DNA of 64,000 bases. Origin: Gemmatimonadales bacterium. Lineage in GTDB: Bacteria > Gemmatimonadota > Gemmatimonadetes > Gemmatimonadales > GWC2-71-9. The stretch covers positions 19,150-83,149 of the forward strand of contig DATJXC010000008.1 of the NCBI GenBank assembly GCA_035500495.1, read 5' to 3'. A program made the translations under genes and the position numbers. Positions 36,407 through 45,536 of the stretch are shown in pieces (position 1 is the first letter of the stretch; every line of letters starts with the position of its first letter). The notes beneath the pieces are model-generated. The model searched no databases. It was not told the origin of the DNA and was given only the letters and a program-made list of their open reading frames with translations.

Positions 36407-37543
36407 ATGGTCCCCCCCCGGCAGCTCCTGCTCGCCGCCCTGGTCCTGGGCGGCTGCGCCAAGAACCCTCCAGCGTCCGCCCAGCAGATCCCGGCCGACT
36501 TTCAACCGCACGTGGTCGCGGATAACCGCCTGCTGTATCTCCCGCCAGGCTTCAAGATCGGCCTCTACGCCCAGCACCTGGACGGGATCCGCAACATCGT
36601 GCTCGGCCCCGGCGGCGTCCCCTACGCGGTCTACCGCACGGGCAGCGTCGTGAAGCTCCCCGACACCAACGGCGACGGCGTGGCCGACACGGTCATCACC
36701 GTCGTCTCCGGTTTGAACCGTCCCTTCGGCCTCGCGTTCCGTGGAGACACCATGTACGTGGGGGAGACCGACGGGGTGAAGCGGTACCTGCCGGGTAATT
36801 CGGTGCCGCAGCAGATCGTCTCAGGGCTACCGGGCGGCGGCAACCATTGGACCCGGACACTCGCCTTCGGGCCGGACGGAAAGCTGTACGTCTCGATCGG
36901 GTCCTCCTGCAACATCTGCGACGAGACCGACCGGCACCGCGCCACGGTCACGCGGTACAACTCCGACGGATCGGGCGAGCACATTTTCGCCACCGGGTTA
37001 CGAAACTCCGTGGGCCTCGCGTTCAATCCCACGACGGGCGAGCTCTGGGCCACGAACAATGACCGGGACAACCTGGGCGACGACCGGCCTCCTGAGAAGA
37101 TCAACATCTTGAAGGACGGCAGATTCTACGGCTGGCCGACCTGCTGGCTCCCCGGCGAGCGCAATCCGGAGTACCCGCAGGCCGACTGTAGCACCGTCCA
37201 GCCGCCGGCCATTACCTACCAGGCGCACTCGGCGCCGCTCGGGATGGCGTTCTACACGGGAACGCAGTTTCCCGCTGATTACCGGGGCGATGCATTCGTG
37301 GCGTTCCACGGATCGTGGAATCGGTCGGTCCCAACGGGAGACAAGGTGGCCCGGTTCCGGGTGAAGGACGGGAAGCCGGTGGGGCTCGAGGACTTCATCG
37401 TCGGGTGGCAGCTCCCGAACGGGAGCCGCTGGGGGCGGCCCGTGGCGATACTCGTCATGCCGGATGGGGCGATGCTCGTCTCGGACGACGATGGAGCGCG
37501 GGTGTGGAGGGTGGCATACGGGGAACAGCGGGATAAGCAATGA
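36407..37543 (+). CDS. PQQ-dependent sugar dehydrogenase (soluble aldose/sorbosone dehydrogenase family), lipoprotein
   Basis: MVPPRQLLLAALVLGGC lipobox, then beta-propeller SGDH-like sequence (GPDGKLYVSIGSSCNICDE, RNSVGLAFNP.TGELWATNNDRD). Only the last 378 codons of track ORF 35288..37543 are used. Confidence 0.82.
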   Translation: MVPPRQLLLAALVLGGCAKNPPASAQQIPADFQPHVVADNRLLYLPPGFKIGLYAQHLDGIRNIVLGPGGVPYAVYRTGSVVKLPDTNGDGVADTVITVVSGLNRPFGLAFRGDTMYVGETDGVKRYLPGNSVPQQIVSGLPGGGNHWTRTLAFGPDGKLYVSIGSSCNICDETDRHRATVTRYNSDGSGEHIFATGLRNSVGLAFNPTTGELWATNNDRDNLGDDRPPEKINILKDGRFYGWPTCWLPGERNPEYPQADCSTVQPPAITYQAHSAPLGMAFYTGTQFPADYRGDAFVAFHGSWNRSVPTGDKVARFRVKDGKPVGLEDFIVGWQLPNGSRWGRPVAILVMPDGAMLVSDDDGARVWRVAYGEQRDKQ

Positions 37544-37614
37544 CGGTACGCTGGGGGTGGGGGCGCCGTCGCGTGGGACGCCCGGCGCCCCCACCCCCAG
37601 CGTACTGTCGCTGC

Positions 37615-38937
37615 CTAGTGCCTGACGCGCTGTTCTACGATCCACGCCCGCGCGCGATCCAGCACTGCGTCCGTGCCCGCCTGAAACTCGCTCACCTTCT
37701 CATCGACCTTGATATCCGGCGCCAGGCCGCGCCCGTTGATTTCGGTTCGGTCGGGCAGCTCTTCACGGGTGATCGTCACGCGCAGACGCCAGTCTCGGTA
37801 AAGGGGAATTTCGCTGACCTGGCCGGTCGCTCCGGCGCTCGCGTGTCCGACGATCGTACCCCGCCCGGCGTTCCGAAACGCCGCGAGGAAATCCTCCGCC
37901 GCTCCGGCGGTGCGGGATGACGCGAGCACCGCGACGGGGCCCGTGAATCGGGGCTTGTCCTGCCGCGGCTGGATCGTGTCCGGTGGGATCGCCAGCCACA
38001 GAAAACTTGAGTCCGCACCCCCTTCGTCGCTGCGGTACAAGGGACGATAGACGGCGGTCTGCCATCGCGAGCCGACGAACGGTTTGCTGGCCAGGCGGGC
38101 GAGCAGCTGGTAGGCGATCTCCCGTCCACCGCCGGTGCCGCTGTTGTCGCGCAGGTCGATGATCAGCCCGTGGACGCCGTCCCAGGTCGGGAAGGCGTGG
38201 TCGATCTGCCGGATCACCTCGGGGTCGCTGAAGCTGGACAGATGGAGGACCGCCGTGCTGTCCTGCAGGCGGACGATGGCCAGGGCCGGTGGGTCGAACG
38301 GCCAGGGCGCGCCCTCGGCGATGGTCCGGGTGAGGCTCGCCCCACGGGCATCCATGCCCTGCGCCTGGAGCTGGAGCTGGAGGGCCGTGCCGCGCTCCCC
38401 GTCCAACAGGTGCGCGACGGCGCGATCCCACCGCGCGTCCGCCGTCCCGGCGCCGATCTCGGGGAGAATCGAATCGCGGATCCACTGGTCGGCCGGGATC
38501 CCCTGGACTGAGACGACCTCGGCGAGTCGTTCGGGGCGCGCGATGCTGGTCTCGTCGTTTTCCGTATAGTCCGTGATGAACGGACGCCCCTCGACGCTCA
38601 CGAGGGCGAGGGGCGGCCGCGCCAACTGGACCGCGACACGCGAGGGAGGGATCACCGCCGCCTGGCCGTCATTGAGCAGCGCAACGAAGCGCCGTAAGCG
38701 GCGGTAATAGAGGAGGTCCGGCTGGCGCTGGGCGGCCTGGCCGAGCAGGGCGGCGATGCCGGAGTCCAGGTCGGCGCGTACGCGGTCGCGCCCGGCGTAG
38801 TTATAGTGCGCTTCGGACCAGAGGGCGGCTGCGAGCCGAGCGCGCTCGACCGGGGTGAGCGTTTGTTGGCCCGCGCTCGTGGCTGGTCCCACGAGTCCGA
38901 GGAGCACGGCTCCCCACGAGGACCATCGGAGCGGCAT
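37615..38937 (-). CDS. S41-family peptidase (tail-specific protease-like), secreted
   Basis: Signal peptide MPLRWSSWGAVLLGLVGPATSAGQQ and an S41 core (LIIDLRDNSGTGGG, VAVLASSRTAGAAEDFLAAF). Confidence 0.8.
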   Translation of the reverse strand: MPLRWSSWGAVLLGLVGPATSAGQQTLTPVERARLAAALWSEAHYNYAGRDRVRADLDSGIAALLGQAAQRQPDLLYYRRLRRFVALLNDGQAAVIPPSRVAVQLARPPLALVSVEGRPFITDYTENDETSIARPERLAEVVSVQGIPADQWIRDSILPEIGAGTADARWDRAVAHLLDGERGTALQLQLQAQGMDARGASLTRTIAEGAPWPFDPPALAIVRLQDSTAVLHLSSFSDPEVIRQIDHAFPTWDGVHGLIIDLRDNSGTGGGREIAYQLLARLASKPFVGSRWQTAVYRPLYRSDEGGADSSFLWLAIPPDTIQPRQDKPRFTGPVAVLASSRTAGAAEDFLAAFRNAGRGTIVGHASAGATGQVSEIPLYRDWRLRVTITREELPDRTEINGRGLAPDIKVDEKVSEFQAGTDAVLDRARAWIVEQRVRH

Positions 38938-40189
38938 GGCGATAATCTATCTGCTTCTTCTTCTCTCGCCGCAGGTATTGCTGTACCTGTACCTGCGGGA
39001 GCGCCTCCCCGATCCGTCACGTCCCGGGCGGGTGCGTCTCGTCCGGCTGAGTCTCGCCATCGTCTTCGTCGTCTTCAACCTGCCGTGGCTCGTCGTCCTG
39101 CGTCGCATGCTGTCCGGGTCGGTGTGGGGGGTCGGCCGCGTCCCCTATCTCGCGCCCTGGATCGCGTGGCAGCTGCTCGGCTGGGTGTTTTGCGCGCTGG
39201 TCGCGGTGTACGTGATCGGGAAGAGTCTGGTGTGGGTGGGTCAGCGGCTCGTCAGGCTGGGGAGAGGGGAGAAGGGAGAGGGGGGAGGGCCTGCAACGGC
39301 GCGAACGCCTTCCCTCTTCCCTCTCCCCTCTCCCGTCTCCCGGATTACGCGGCGGCGCTTCCTCGCGACGGCCACCTATGCATATGCCGGTGCCGGGCTC
39401 GCGCTGTCAGGCTATGGCATCTGGGACGCCGAGCGTCTGCCGGATGTGACGCGCACGACCCTCTTCCTTCCCGGCCTGCCGCGCGCCTTCGACGGGCTGC
39501 GGGTGCTCCACCTGTCGGACGTGCACGCCGGGGTCCACATGGAGCGGGACAAAATGCAGGCGATCGTGGCGCTCGCGAACGCGGAACGTGCCGATCTGAT
39601 CCTCCAGACCGGCGACATGATCGACATCTCGCCCGCCTATGTTCCGGAGTACGTTCGCGCCTTTCGCGACCTCTCCGCTCCCCTGGGCGTCGTCACCTGT
39701 CTCGGCAATCACGATCGCTACACCGGCGAGACGATCGTCGTGAAGGGGGTGCGGGACGCCGGTCAGATCTTCGTCAAGAACTCCGCGCACCTGATCGAGC
39801 GGGACGGCGCCGTTCTGGCCCTCCTGGGAATCGACGACCCGCACGCCTGGACCGCCGACGATCCACAGCACGGCGACATCGACCTGGCGTTGCGCGCGGC
39901 GCCGAAAGAGGCCTACCCGATCCTGCTGGCCCACCGGCCGGGTGCGTTCGATGGGGCGGCGCCGCGCGGCATTCCGCTCACGTTGGCGGGGCACATTCAC
40001 GGCGGGCAGATCTACGTTCCGCTCTTGCGGTGGTCGGCGGGGAGCCTGATCACGAAGTACGTGATGGGACACTTCCGGCAGGGTTCGAGTCAGCTGTACG
40101 TGAGCCGGGGCATCGGGGTCGTCGGCGTGCCGATCCGGTTGTTTGTGCCGCCGGAGATCGCCCTGCTGCAGCTGCGGACGGCTGTCTAG
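38936..40189 (+). CDS. Membrane-anchored metallophosphoesterase (YkuE/YaeI-like calcineurin-fold)
   Basis: N-terminal TM segments and a Tat-like TRRRFLATATYAYAGAGLA. Motifs are LHLSDVHAG, TGDMID, LGNHD, LAGHIHGGQ. The start is uncertain, and an 84-nt heptamer hairpin sits in frame between the TM region and the RRRF motif. Confidence 0.8.
   Translation: MAIIYLLLLLSPQVLLYLYLRERLPDPSRPGRVRLVRLSLAIVFVVFNLPWLVVLRRMLSGSVWGVGRVPYLAPWIAWQLLGWVFCALVAVYVIGKSLVWVGQRLVRLGRGEKGEGGGPATARTPSLFPLPSPVSRITRRRFLATATYAYAGAGLALSGYGIWDAERLPDVTRTTLFLPGLPRAFDGLRVLHLSDVHAGVHMERDKMQAIVALANAERADLILQTGDMIDISPAYVPEYVRAFRDLSAPLGVVTCLGNHDRYTGETIVVKGVRDAGQIFVKNSAHLIERDGAVLALLGIDDPHAWTADDPQHGDIDLALRAAPKEAYPILLAHRPGAFDGAAPRGIPLTLAGHIHGGQIYVPLLRWSAGSLITKYVMGHFRQGSSQLYVSRGIGVVGVPIRLFVPPEIALLQLRTAV
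39259..39342. repeat. Inverted tandem-heptamer hairpin element inside a CDS: (GGGGAGA)4 + 18-nt spacer + (TCTCCCC)5
   Basis: Left arm is ggggaga ggggaga agggaga gggggga ggg (39259-39289). Right arm is ccttccc tcttccc tctcccc tctcccg tctcccg (39308-39342). Total 84 nt, i.e. 28 codons, translated as GRGEKGEGGGPATARTPSLFPLPSPVS. Confidence 0.9.
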
Positions 40190-40803
40190 TCCTGAGCGGC
40201 CGGCCGCTCTCCGGCCGTTCGTTCCCCCTTACTCGCGATCGCGTCCCACCCGGCGTCCGCGCAGGCGCGCACCCCGGCGCTCGCGACCCCCCAATCCCGC
40301 GCCAGGATCCGCTCCAGGGCGACGCGAACGACCGCCAACCAGGCGGAGGCCCATAGGTCCGCTCCGCCGGGTCGTACCGACCCATCCGCCTTCCCCTGCG
40401 CGATGAGGCCTTCCAGCGCGGTGCGGAATTCCCGGTTGGCTTCCCGGGATTTCTCGTCCAATAAGGCGGCGTAGTCCTGGAAGAAGAACAGGCGCACGAC
40501 GGCGGGCTCGCGCACGGCACCGTCCGCCAGGAGCTCGGCGAGTTTGCGAAACCGTTCCGGCGTGGTCGTCCCGGCGGCCTCCGCTTCCTTGACGAGTCTT
40601 GCCGCCCACCGTGCCCCGCCGCGGTACAACTCGTTCAGGAGGTGTTGTTTGCTCTCGAAGTGGCGGTAGATCGTGCCTTCGGCGATCCCGGCTCGCTTGG
40701 CGAGCTGGGGTGTGGTGGTCACGTGGTAGCCCTGCGCGGTGAACAGTTCCAGCGCGGCGCGCACGAGTCGCGCACGAGTGAGGTCACCCTGGGGTGGGGG
40801 CAT
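40186..40803 (-). CDS. TetR/AcrR-family transcriptional regulator
   Basis: N-terminal HTH (RLVRAALELFTAQGYHVTTTPQLAKRAGIAEGTIYRHFESK). Confidence 0.88.
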   Translation of the reverse strand: MPPPQGDLTRARLVRAALELFTAQGYHVTTTPQLAKRAGIAEGTIYRHFESKQHLLNELYRGGARWAARLVKEAEAAGTTTPERFRKLAELLADGAVREPAVVRLFFFQDYAALLDEKSREANREFRTALEGLIAQGKADGSVRPGGADLWASAWLAVVRVALERILARDWGVASAGVRACADAGWDAIASKGERTAGERPAAQD

Positions 40804-40920
40804 CGGCCGCGAATCTAACGGAAGGGCAGGGCCACCGCTGCGCTTCCTGCCCCCAGTGAGGGCGACTACCTTTCCGCCGCGCGGTTCTCGGTCTCATTTT
40901 CCTTTGGAGAAGCTCGTAGC

Positions 40921-42063
40921 ATGCGGATGCTCGTTCTTGGCGCGGGCTTGCAAGGTTGCGCCTGTGCCTTCGATTTGTTGCAGCAGGACGCCGTGTCGGC
41001 CGTCACGCTCGCCGATGTCCAGCCCGACCGCGCCGCGGGATTCGTGAAACCCTTTGTGGGCAAGAAACTGTCGCTGGTGAAGCTCGACGTGCGGGACGGC
41101 GGGGGAGCGGCCCTGCGGCGGGCGATGTCCGGTCACCTCGCCGTCATGAACGCGCTCCCGTATTACTTCAATCTCGAGGTGAGCCGCGCGGCCGTCGAGG
41201 CCGGCCTGCATTACTGCGACCTCGGCGGGAACACGGAGATCGTCTTCAAACAGAAGAAGCTCGGGCCGGAGGCGGAGCGCGCCCGCGTCTCGGTCATCCC
41301 GGACTGCGGTCTGGCTCCCGGCATGGTCAACATTCTCGCGGCCGAGGGGATCCGCCGCGTCGGCGACGCCGAAAGCGTGAAGATCTACGTCGGCGGCCTG
41401 CCCCAGCGTCCCGAGCCGCCCCTCAACTATCAGATCGTCTATTCGCTCGAGGGCGCGCTCGACTACTACACGACGCCGTCGTGGGTCCTGCGGGACGGTG
41501 CCCCCACCAGGGTCGACGCCCTGTCAGAGCTGGAAAGCCTGTCGTTCCCCGCGCCGGTCGGGGCCCTCGAGGCCTTCCACACGGGCGGCGGGATCTCGAC
41601 TCTGCCGTGGGCCTACGAGGGCAGAGTTCGTACGATGGAATACAAGACCCTCCGCTACCCCGGACACCTCGCCATCATGCGGCCGATCCGCGAGCTGGGG
41701 CTGCTCGACCTGGCACCGGTCAAGGTGAAGGGGAAGGAGATCGTCCCGCGGGATGCCTTCATCACGATCGTGTCGCCCAAGCTCACCAAGCCGCAGGGCC
41801 GCGACCTCGTCGCGCTGCGGGTGGTCGCGCTGGGTAAGAACGGGAAGCGGGTGGCGTGGGAGCTGCTCGACTACTACGACGAGGCGCGCGGGATCAGCGC
41901 TATGATGCGCACCACCGGGTATTCGCTCTCCATCACGGGCCTGATGCAGGGGGACGGCCGCATCACGAGCCGCGGTGTCCACACCCCGGACGAAGCGGTG
42001 CCGTTTGACGGCTACGTGACAGAGCTGAAGCGACGGGGAGTGGAGATTAGAGAGGTCGTCTAA
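40921..42063 (+). CDS. Saccharopine dehydrogenase-like NAD(P)-binding oxidoreductase
   Basis: MLVLGAGLQGCACAFDL Rossmann start and a Sacchrp_dh C-terminal-like region. Divergent from the TetR gene. Confidence 0.7.
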   Translation: MRMLVLGAGLQGCACAFDLLQQDAVSAVTLADVQPDRAAGFVKPFVGKKLSLVKLDVRDGGGAALRRAMSGHLAVMNALPYYFNLEVSRAAVEAGLHYCDLGGNTEIVFKQKKLGPEAERARVSVIPDCGLAPGMVNILAAEGIRRVGDAESVKIYVGGLPQRPEPPLNYQIVYSLEGALDYYTTPSWVLRDGAPTRVDALSELESLSFPAPVGALEAFHTGGGISTLPWAYEGRVRTMEYKTLRYPGHLAIMRPIRELGLLDLAPVKVKGKEIVPRDAFITIVSPKLTKPQGRDLVALRVVALGKNGKRVAWELLDYYDEARGISAMMRTTGYSLSITGLMQGDGRITSRGVHTPDEAVPFDGYVTELKRRGVEIREVV

Positions 42064-43238
42064 TAGCTCCACGTCGTCCCGAACAGGAACTGTCCGCCCT
42101 CGCTGCCCCAGCCTCCACCGATCACGACGATTGTATTGCGGCCGATGCGGAGCATCGCTTCCGCGCCACCGGATTGGTGCAGCCCCTCGGTGGTCAACCG
42201 GAACCCCTCGGCCTCCGTGAACACGCGGCCGGCGTCCCAGAAGCCGACGATCTTGAACTCGAAGATCGCCGGCGCGTTGATCAGGGCCCAGCGCGCCTCG
42301 AGCCCCCCCACCAGTTTCCCGGGACCCGCGAACCGCGAATCGTAGTATCCTCGCAGCGAGCTGTATCCCCCCAGGGCGATCGTCGGCCGCTGGGTGCGCT
42401 CGATCGTCTGCATGAGCGAGATCTCCGAGGTGCCGGTGATCTCCTCGCCCGCGATCCGGCCCGCCAGGATCAGGCGCGGGGTCGGGTTGACGTAGCCCTG
42501 CAGCCTGACCGTCGTGCGGTGGTAGTGCTGCCCGGCGGCGTAGAGCGCCTCGACCGCTCCTCCACGGTGCGGGTCGAGCTCGTTGTCACGCGCGTCCAGG
42601 ACCAGCCCCCCCCGCGCCGCCAGATCGGAAAACGGACTGCCGTCGATGACGCCGAGTGCGGCGTCGTGCTGGAACTGGCTGGTGCCCGGCAATTCCCGGA
42701 AGGTCGTGTGCTCGTAGACGGCGCCGACCAGCACGCGCAGCGGTCCGATGATGCGCCGTTGCACATTGAGGCGGCCCAACTGGGTAGTCCGGCTGACGGA
42801 AAAGAAATAGGGACTGGTGCTCGTGACGCTGTCCGCGACGTGCTGGGTAGCGTTCCCGATCCCGTAGTAGCCGAGGCGGTTCGCCCGGGCCGCGGTGAGA
42901 GAGAGGCCGAGGCGCCAGCCGTCCCAGTACGCCGGGGCGTCCGCGTCGAGATCCAGGTAGTAGCTCCCGGCAGTGCTGGCGCCACCCTGGATGCGGAGCG
43001 ATGCCGACCACGGCTCCGGGCGGCGGTAATCGGCGATCGGCTGGTAATAAGAGAAGTAGCCGGCGAGCCACCACTGATCGACCGAGCTGTAGTAGAAGTA
43101 CGGGGTGACGGTATAGTCCCAAGCTGGCCTCACGTTCGCCTGCTGTGCCACAGCCGGCGTGGTGAGCGCAATCGCGCCGGCGACGAGGCGCGAAATGCGA
43201 AGTGCGAAGTGCGAAGTAGAAATGGAAGGTTCTTCCAC
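42060..43238 (-). CDS. Omp85/bacterial surface antigen (D15)-family outer-membrane beta-barrel protein
   Basis: Signal peptide ending AVA-QQ, SSLRGYYDSRFAGPG and FWDAGRVF motifs, and a C-terminal aromatic residue (TTWSY). The GTG start at 43238 is the only usable start upstream of the signal peptide. Confidence 0.8.
   Translation of the reverse strand: MEEPSISTSHFALRISRLVAGAIALTTPAVAQQANVRPAWDYTVTPYFYYSSVDQWWLAGYFSYYQPIADYRRPEPWSASLRIQGGASTAGSYYLDLDADAPAYWDGWRLGLSLTAARANRLGYYGIGNATQHVADSVTSTSPYFFSVSRTTQLGRLNVQRRIIGPLRVLVGAVYEHTTFRELPGTSQFQHDAALGVIDGSPFSDLAARGGLVLDARDNELDPHRGGAVEALYAAGQHYHRTTVRLQGYVNPTPRLILAGRIAGEEITGTSEISLMQTIERTQRPTIALGGYSSLRGYYDSRFAGPGKLVGGLEARWALINAPAIFEFKIVGFWDAGRVFTEAEGFRLTTEGLHQSGGAEAMLRIGRNTIVVIGGGWGSEGGQFLFGTTWSY
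43190..43217. repeat. Single-arm tandem heptamer array (GCGAAAT + GCGAAGT x3) inside the 5' end of the Omp85-like CDS
   Basis: Same unit as the 4694-4784 hairpin. On the coding strand it reads ACTTCGC x3 and encodes TSHFALRIS, the n-region of the signal peptide (codons 8-16). Confidence 0.85.
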
Positions 43239-44297
43239 TCAGCTCGGGACAGGATTGTCGTAGACGTGCGCGGTATCCAGGAGCTTCGCTTCCTGGCCGT
43301 CGTGCACCGCGAACCGGCTGGGGTAGAGCGCTGCGGCGCCGAACTCCCCTTTCTTGTTGATCGCGTAGAAGTCGAGCTGCAACCGGGGTTTGCCCTCCGG
43401 CGTCAGCAGCCGTTTTTCGGTCAACTGGACGACGCGCTTCAGCGTCTCGAGGCAGGCGTCGGTCGGCTTCATCCCGCGCCGCATATGGTCCACCGTCAGG
43501 AATCCGCCGCAGACCTTGATGTTCGCTTCGCCGAGCCCCGTGGACCCGGCCGCGCCGACGTCGTTGTCGCAATACTGGCCGGCTCCGACGATGGACGAGT
43601 CACCCACCCGGCCCGGGATCTTGAAGGCGAGCCCGGCCGTAGTGGTGACCGACGAGAGGTCGCCCTGGGGAGTCACGGCCTCGCAGGTGATGGTGCCGGT
43701 GGGGGGATGCACCACCATCGGCGTTCCGCCGGGGACGTCCAAGTAGTTGTCGTTGGGGTTCAGGTTGGCCCGCCATTCGAGCCACAGCTGCCGTGAGGCG
43801 TCGGTGAGCAGGTCCTCTTCCTTGAACCCATACGACAGGGCGAACCGCTTGGCTCCCTCGCCCACGAGGAAGATGTGGGTCGTGTACTTGAGAACGAGTT
43901 TCGCGACTTCGGACGCCGTCTTGATGTTCTCGAGGGCGCCGACCGCGCCGGCCCGCTTGGTCGGGCCGTGCATGCAGGACGCATCGAGCTGCACCACCCC
44001 GTCGGCGTTGGGAAGGCCGCCGTACCCCACCGACTGATCGGTCGGATCGAGCTCCTGGATCTTGACCCCTTCGACCACGGCGTCCAGGGTGTCGGCTCCC
44101 TGCATGATGAGGTCGAACGCCTTTTGAACCGCGCGGAATCCGTTGGCCGAGGCGATCACGATGGGCTTCGCGGCCCAGCGGTGACGCGGGGGGAGGGGAC
44201 GGAACGGGCGCATCAGCCATGCCGGGTTCACGCCGGCCCCCGCGGCCAGCCCAGCGGTCGATGAGAGAAACTCGCGACGCGAAACGCGGTTGGACAC
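43239..44297 (-). CDS. Asparaginase_2 family Ntn-hydrolase (glycosylasparaginase / isoaspartyl peptidase) with a Tat signal
   Basis: Tat motif SRREFLSSTAGLAAGAG and Ntn-hydrolase core (HDTVGAVA-like region, GAGSTGLGEANIK). Confidence 0.8.
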   Translation of the reverse strand: MSNRVSRREFLSSTAGLAAGAGVNPAWLMRPFRPLPPRHRWAAKPIVIASANGFRAVQKAFDLIMQGADTLDAVVEGVKIQELDPTDQSVGYGGLPNADGVVQLDASCMHGPTKRAGAVGALENIKTASEVAKLVLKYTTHIFLVGEGAKRFALSYGFKEEDLLTDASRQLWLEWRANLNPNDNYLDVPGGTPMVVHPPTGTITCEAVTPQGDLSSVTTTAGLAFKIPGRVGDSSIVGAGQYCDNDVGAAGSTGLGEANIKVCGGFLTVDHMRRGMKPTDACLETLKRVVQLTEKRLLTPEGKPRLQLDFYAINKKGEFGAAALYPSRFAVHDGQEAKLLDTAHVYDNPVPS

Positions 44298-44368
44298 GCG
44301 TAGGTTTTAGCCGTGGCGCCCGTGGCTGTCAACTTGCTCCCATGAACGGACCTCCCTAGGTTCTCGCC

Positions 44369-44830
44369 GTGACCGACGTAGAACCCCCCCGTCCGCGTCA
44401 GGTGGCCGGACGGCTCCTCGGAGTCGCGCTCGCGCTGGCCATGGTGGCCCTGCCCGTCGACTGGGCGGAGTCGGGTTCGGTTTCCTGGCAGCTGGTCGGG
44501 GTGATCGGCATCCTGTGGGGCGTCCGGAGTTTCGTCACCGGGCTGTTCGACGACGTGCTGGAACCTCTCGGCCGCTTCGCGAGCAGCGTCTTCGCGGGCA
44601 GCGGGCCGGAGATCCCCGGTGCCCGGTTCACGATCGATGAAGAGACGACCAAGCTGGAGCGCATGATGGACCAGACGCTCCCCGCGCACCGGGAGATCCT
44701 GATCGGCATCCGGCTGGCGGAAATCTACCGGACCCACGAGCATGATCCCGCCAAGGCTTCGCAAATGATGGATCGCCTGCGCGCCAAGTACCCGGATGCC
44801 TCCGAGCTGCGTCATGCCGACTCCGGTTGA
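44369..44830 (+). CDS. Hypothetical membrane protein (153 aa)
   Basis: Two predicted TM segments (LLGVALALAMVALPV, LVGVIGILWGV) and a helical C-terminus. No recognised family. Confidence 0.5.
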   Translation: MTDVEPPRPRQVAGRLLGVALALAMVALPVDWAESGSVSWQLVGVIGILWGVRSFVTGLFDDVLEPLGRFASSVFAGSGPEIPGARFTIDEETTKLERMMDQTLPAHREILIGIRLAEIYRTHEHDPAKASQMMDRLRAKYPDASELRHADSG

Positions 44831-45536
44831 CGTCTCCCTCGTCATTCCGGTCTACAACGAGCGCGACAGCCTCCGGGTGCTCGTCGAAGAAATCGCCGCC
44901 GCGCTGGCCGGTCGGCGCTACGAGATCGTCACCGTGGACGACGGCTCGACCGATGGGTCGTTCGACCTACTGAAAGAGCTCAAACGCACCCATCCTGAGC
45001 TGCACCTCGTGGGGTTCGCGGCCAACGCGGGGCAGACCGCGGCCTTCGCGGCCGGGTTCCGGGCGGCGCGGGGTCGGGTGGTGGTGACCCTCGACGCCGA
45101 CCTCCAGAACGACCCGGCCGATATCCCGGCTCTGTTGGCCGAGCTCGAGCGGAGCGGAGCCGCCGCGGTGGCCGGTTACCGGGCCGACCGCCAGGACACC
45201 GGGTGGAAGAAGCTCCAGAGCCGCATCGCCAACGGCGTCCGCAATTGGCTCAATCATGAGACGATTCGGGATACCGGCTGCTCGCTCAAGGCCTTCCGCG
45301 TCGAGGCGGTGCGCGAGCTGCCCCTGTTCACCGGGATGCATCGGTTCTTGCCCACGCTGGTGAAGATGTACGGGGGCAGCGTATCGGAGGTCCCGGTGCG
45401 GCACCGCCCGCGCCGGTTCGGGGCCACCAAGTACGGCATGTGGAACCGGGTGTTTCGCGCGCTCGCGGATGCCTTCGCGGTGCGGTGGATGCAGCGGCGG
45501 GCGCTGCGCTACCGGGTGCGAGAGGAAATCGTGTAG
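44814..45536 (+). CDS. Family-2 glycosyltransferase (polyprenol-phosphate sugar transferase-like)
   Basis: VSLVIPVYNE...VTVDDGSTDGS...LDADLQNDP, the GT2 DxD signature. Start moved to ATG 44814. Confidence 0.85.
   Translation: MPTPVDVSLVIPVYNERDSLRVLVEEIAAALAGRRYEIVTVDDGSTDGSFDLLKELKRTHPELHLVGFAANAGQTAAFAAGFRAARGRVVVTLDADLQNDPADIPALLAELERSGAAAVAGYRADRQDTGWKKLQSRIANGVRNWLNHETIRDTGCSLKAFRVEAVRELPLFTGMHRFLPTLVKMYGGSVSEVPVRHRPRRFGATKYGMWNRVFRALADAFAVRWMQRRALRYRVREEIV

Noticed and set aside
40824-40851. 7-bp inverted repeat GGGCAGG...CCTGCCC in the TetR / saccharopine-dehydrogenase divergent region as a TetR operator
   Set aside because: The arms are short and GC-rich, and the 14-nt spacer is within chance expectation in this composition. 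It is not strong enough to call.
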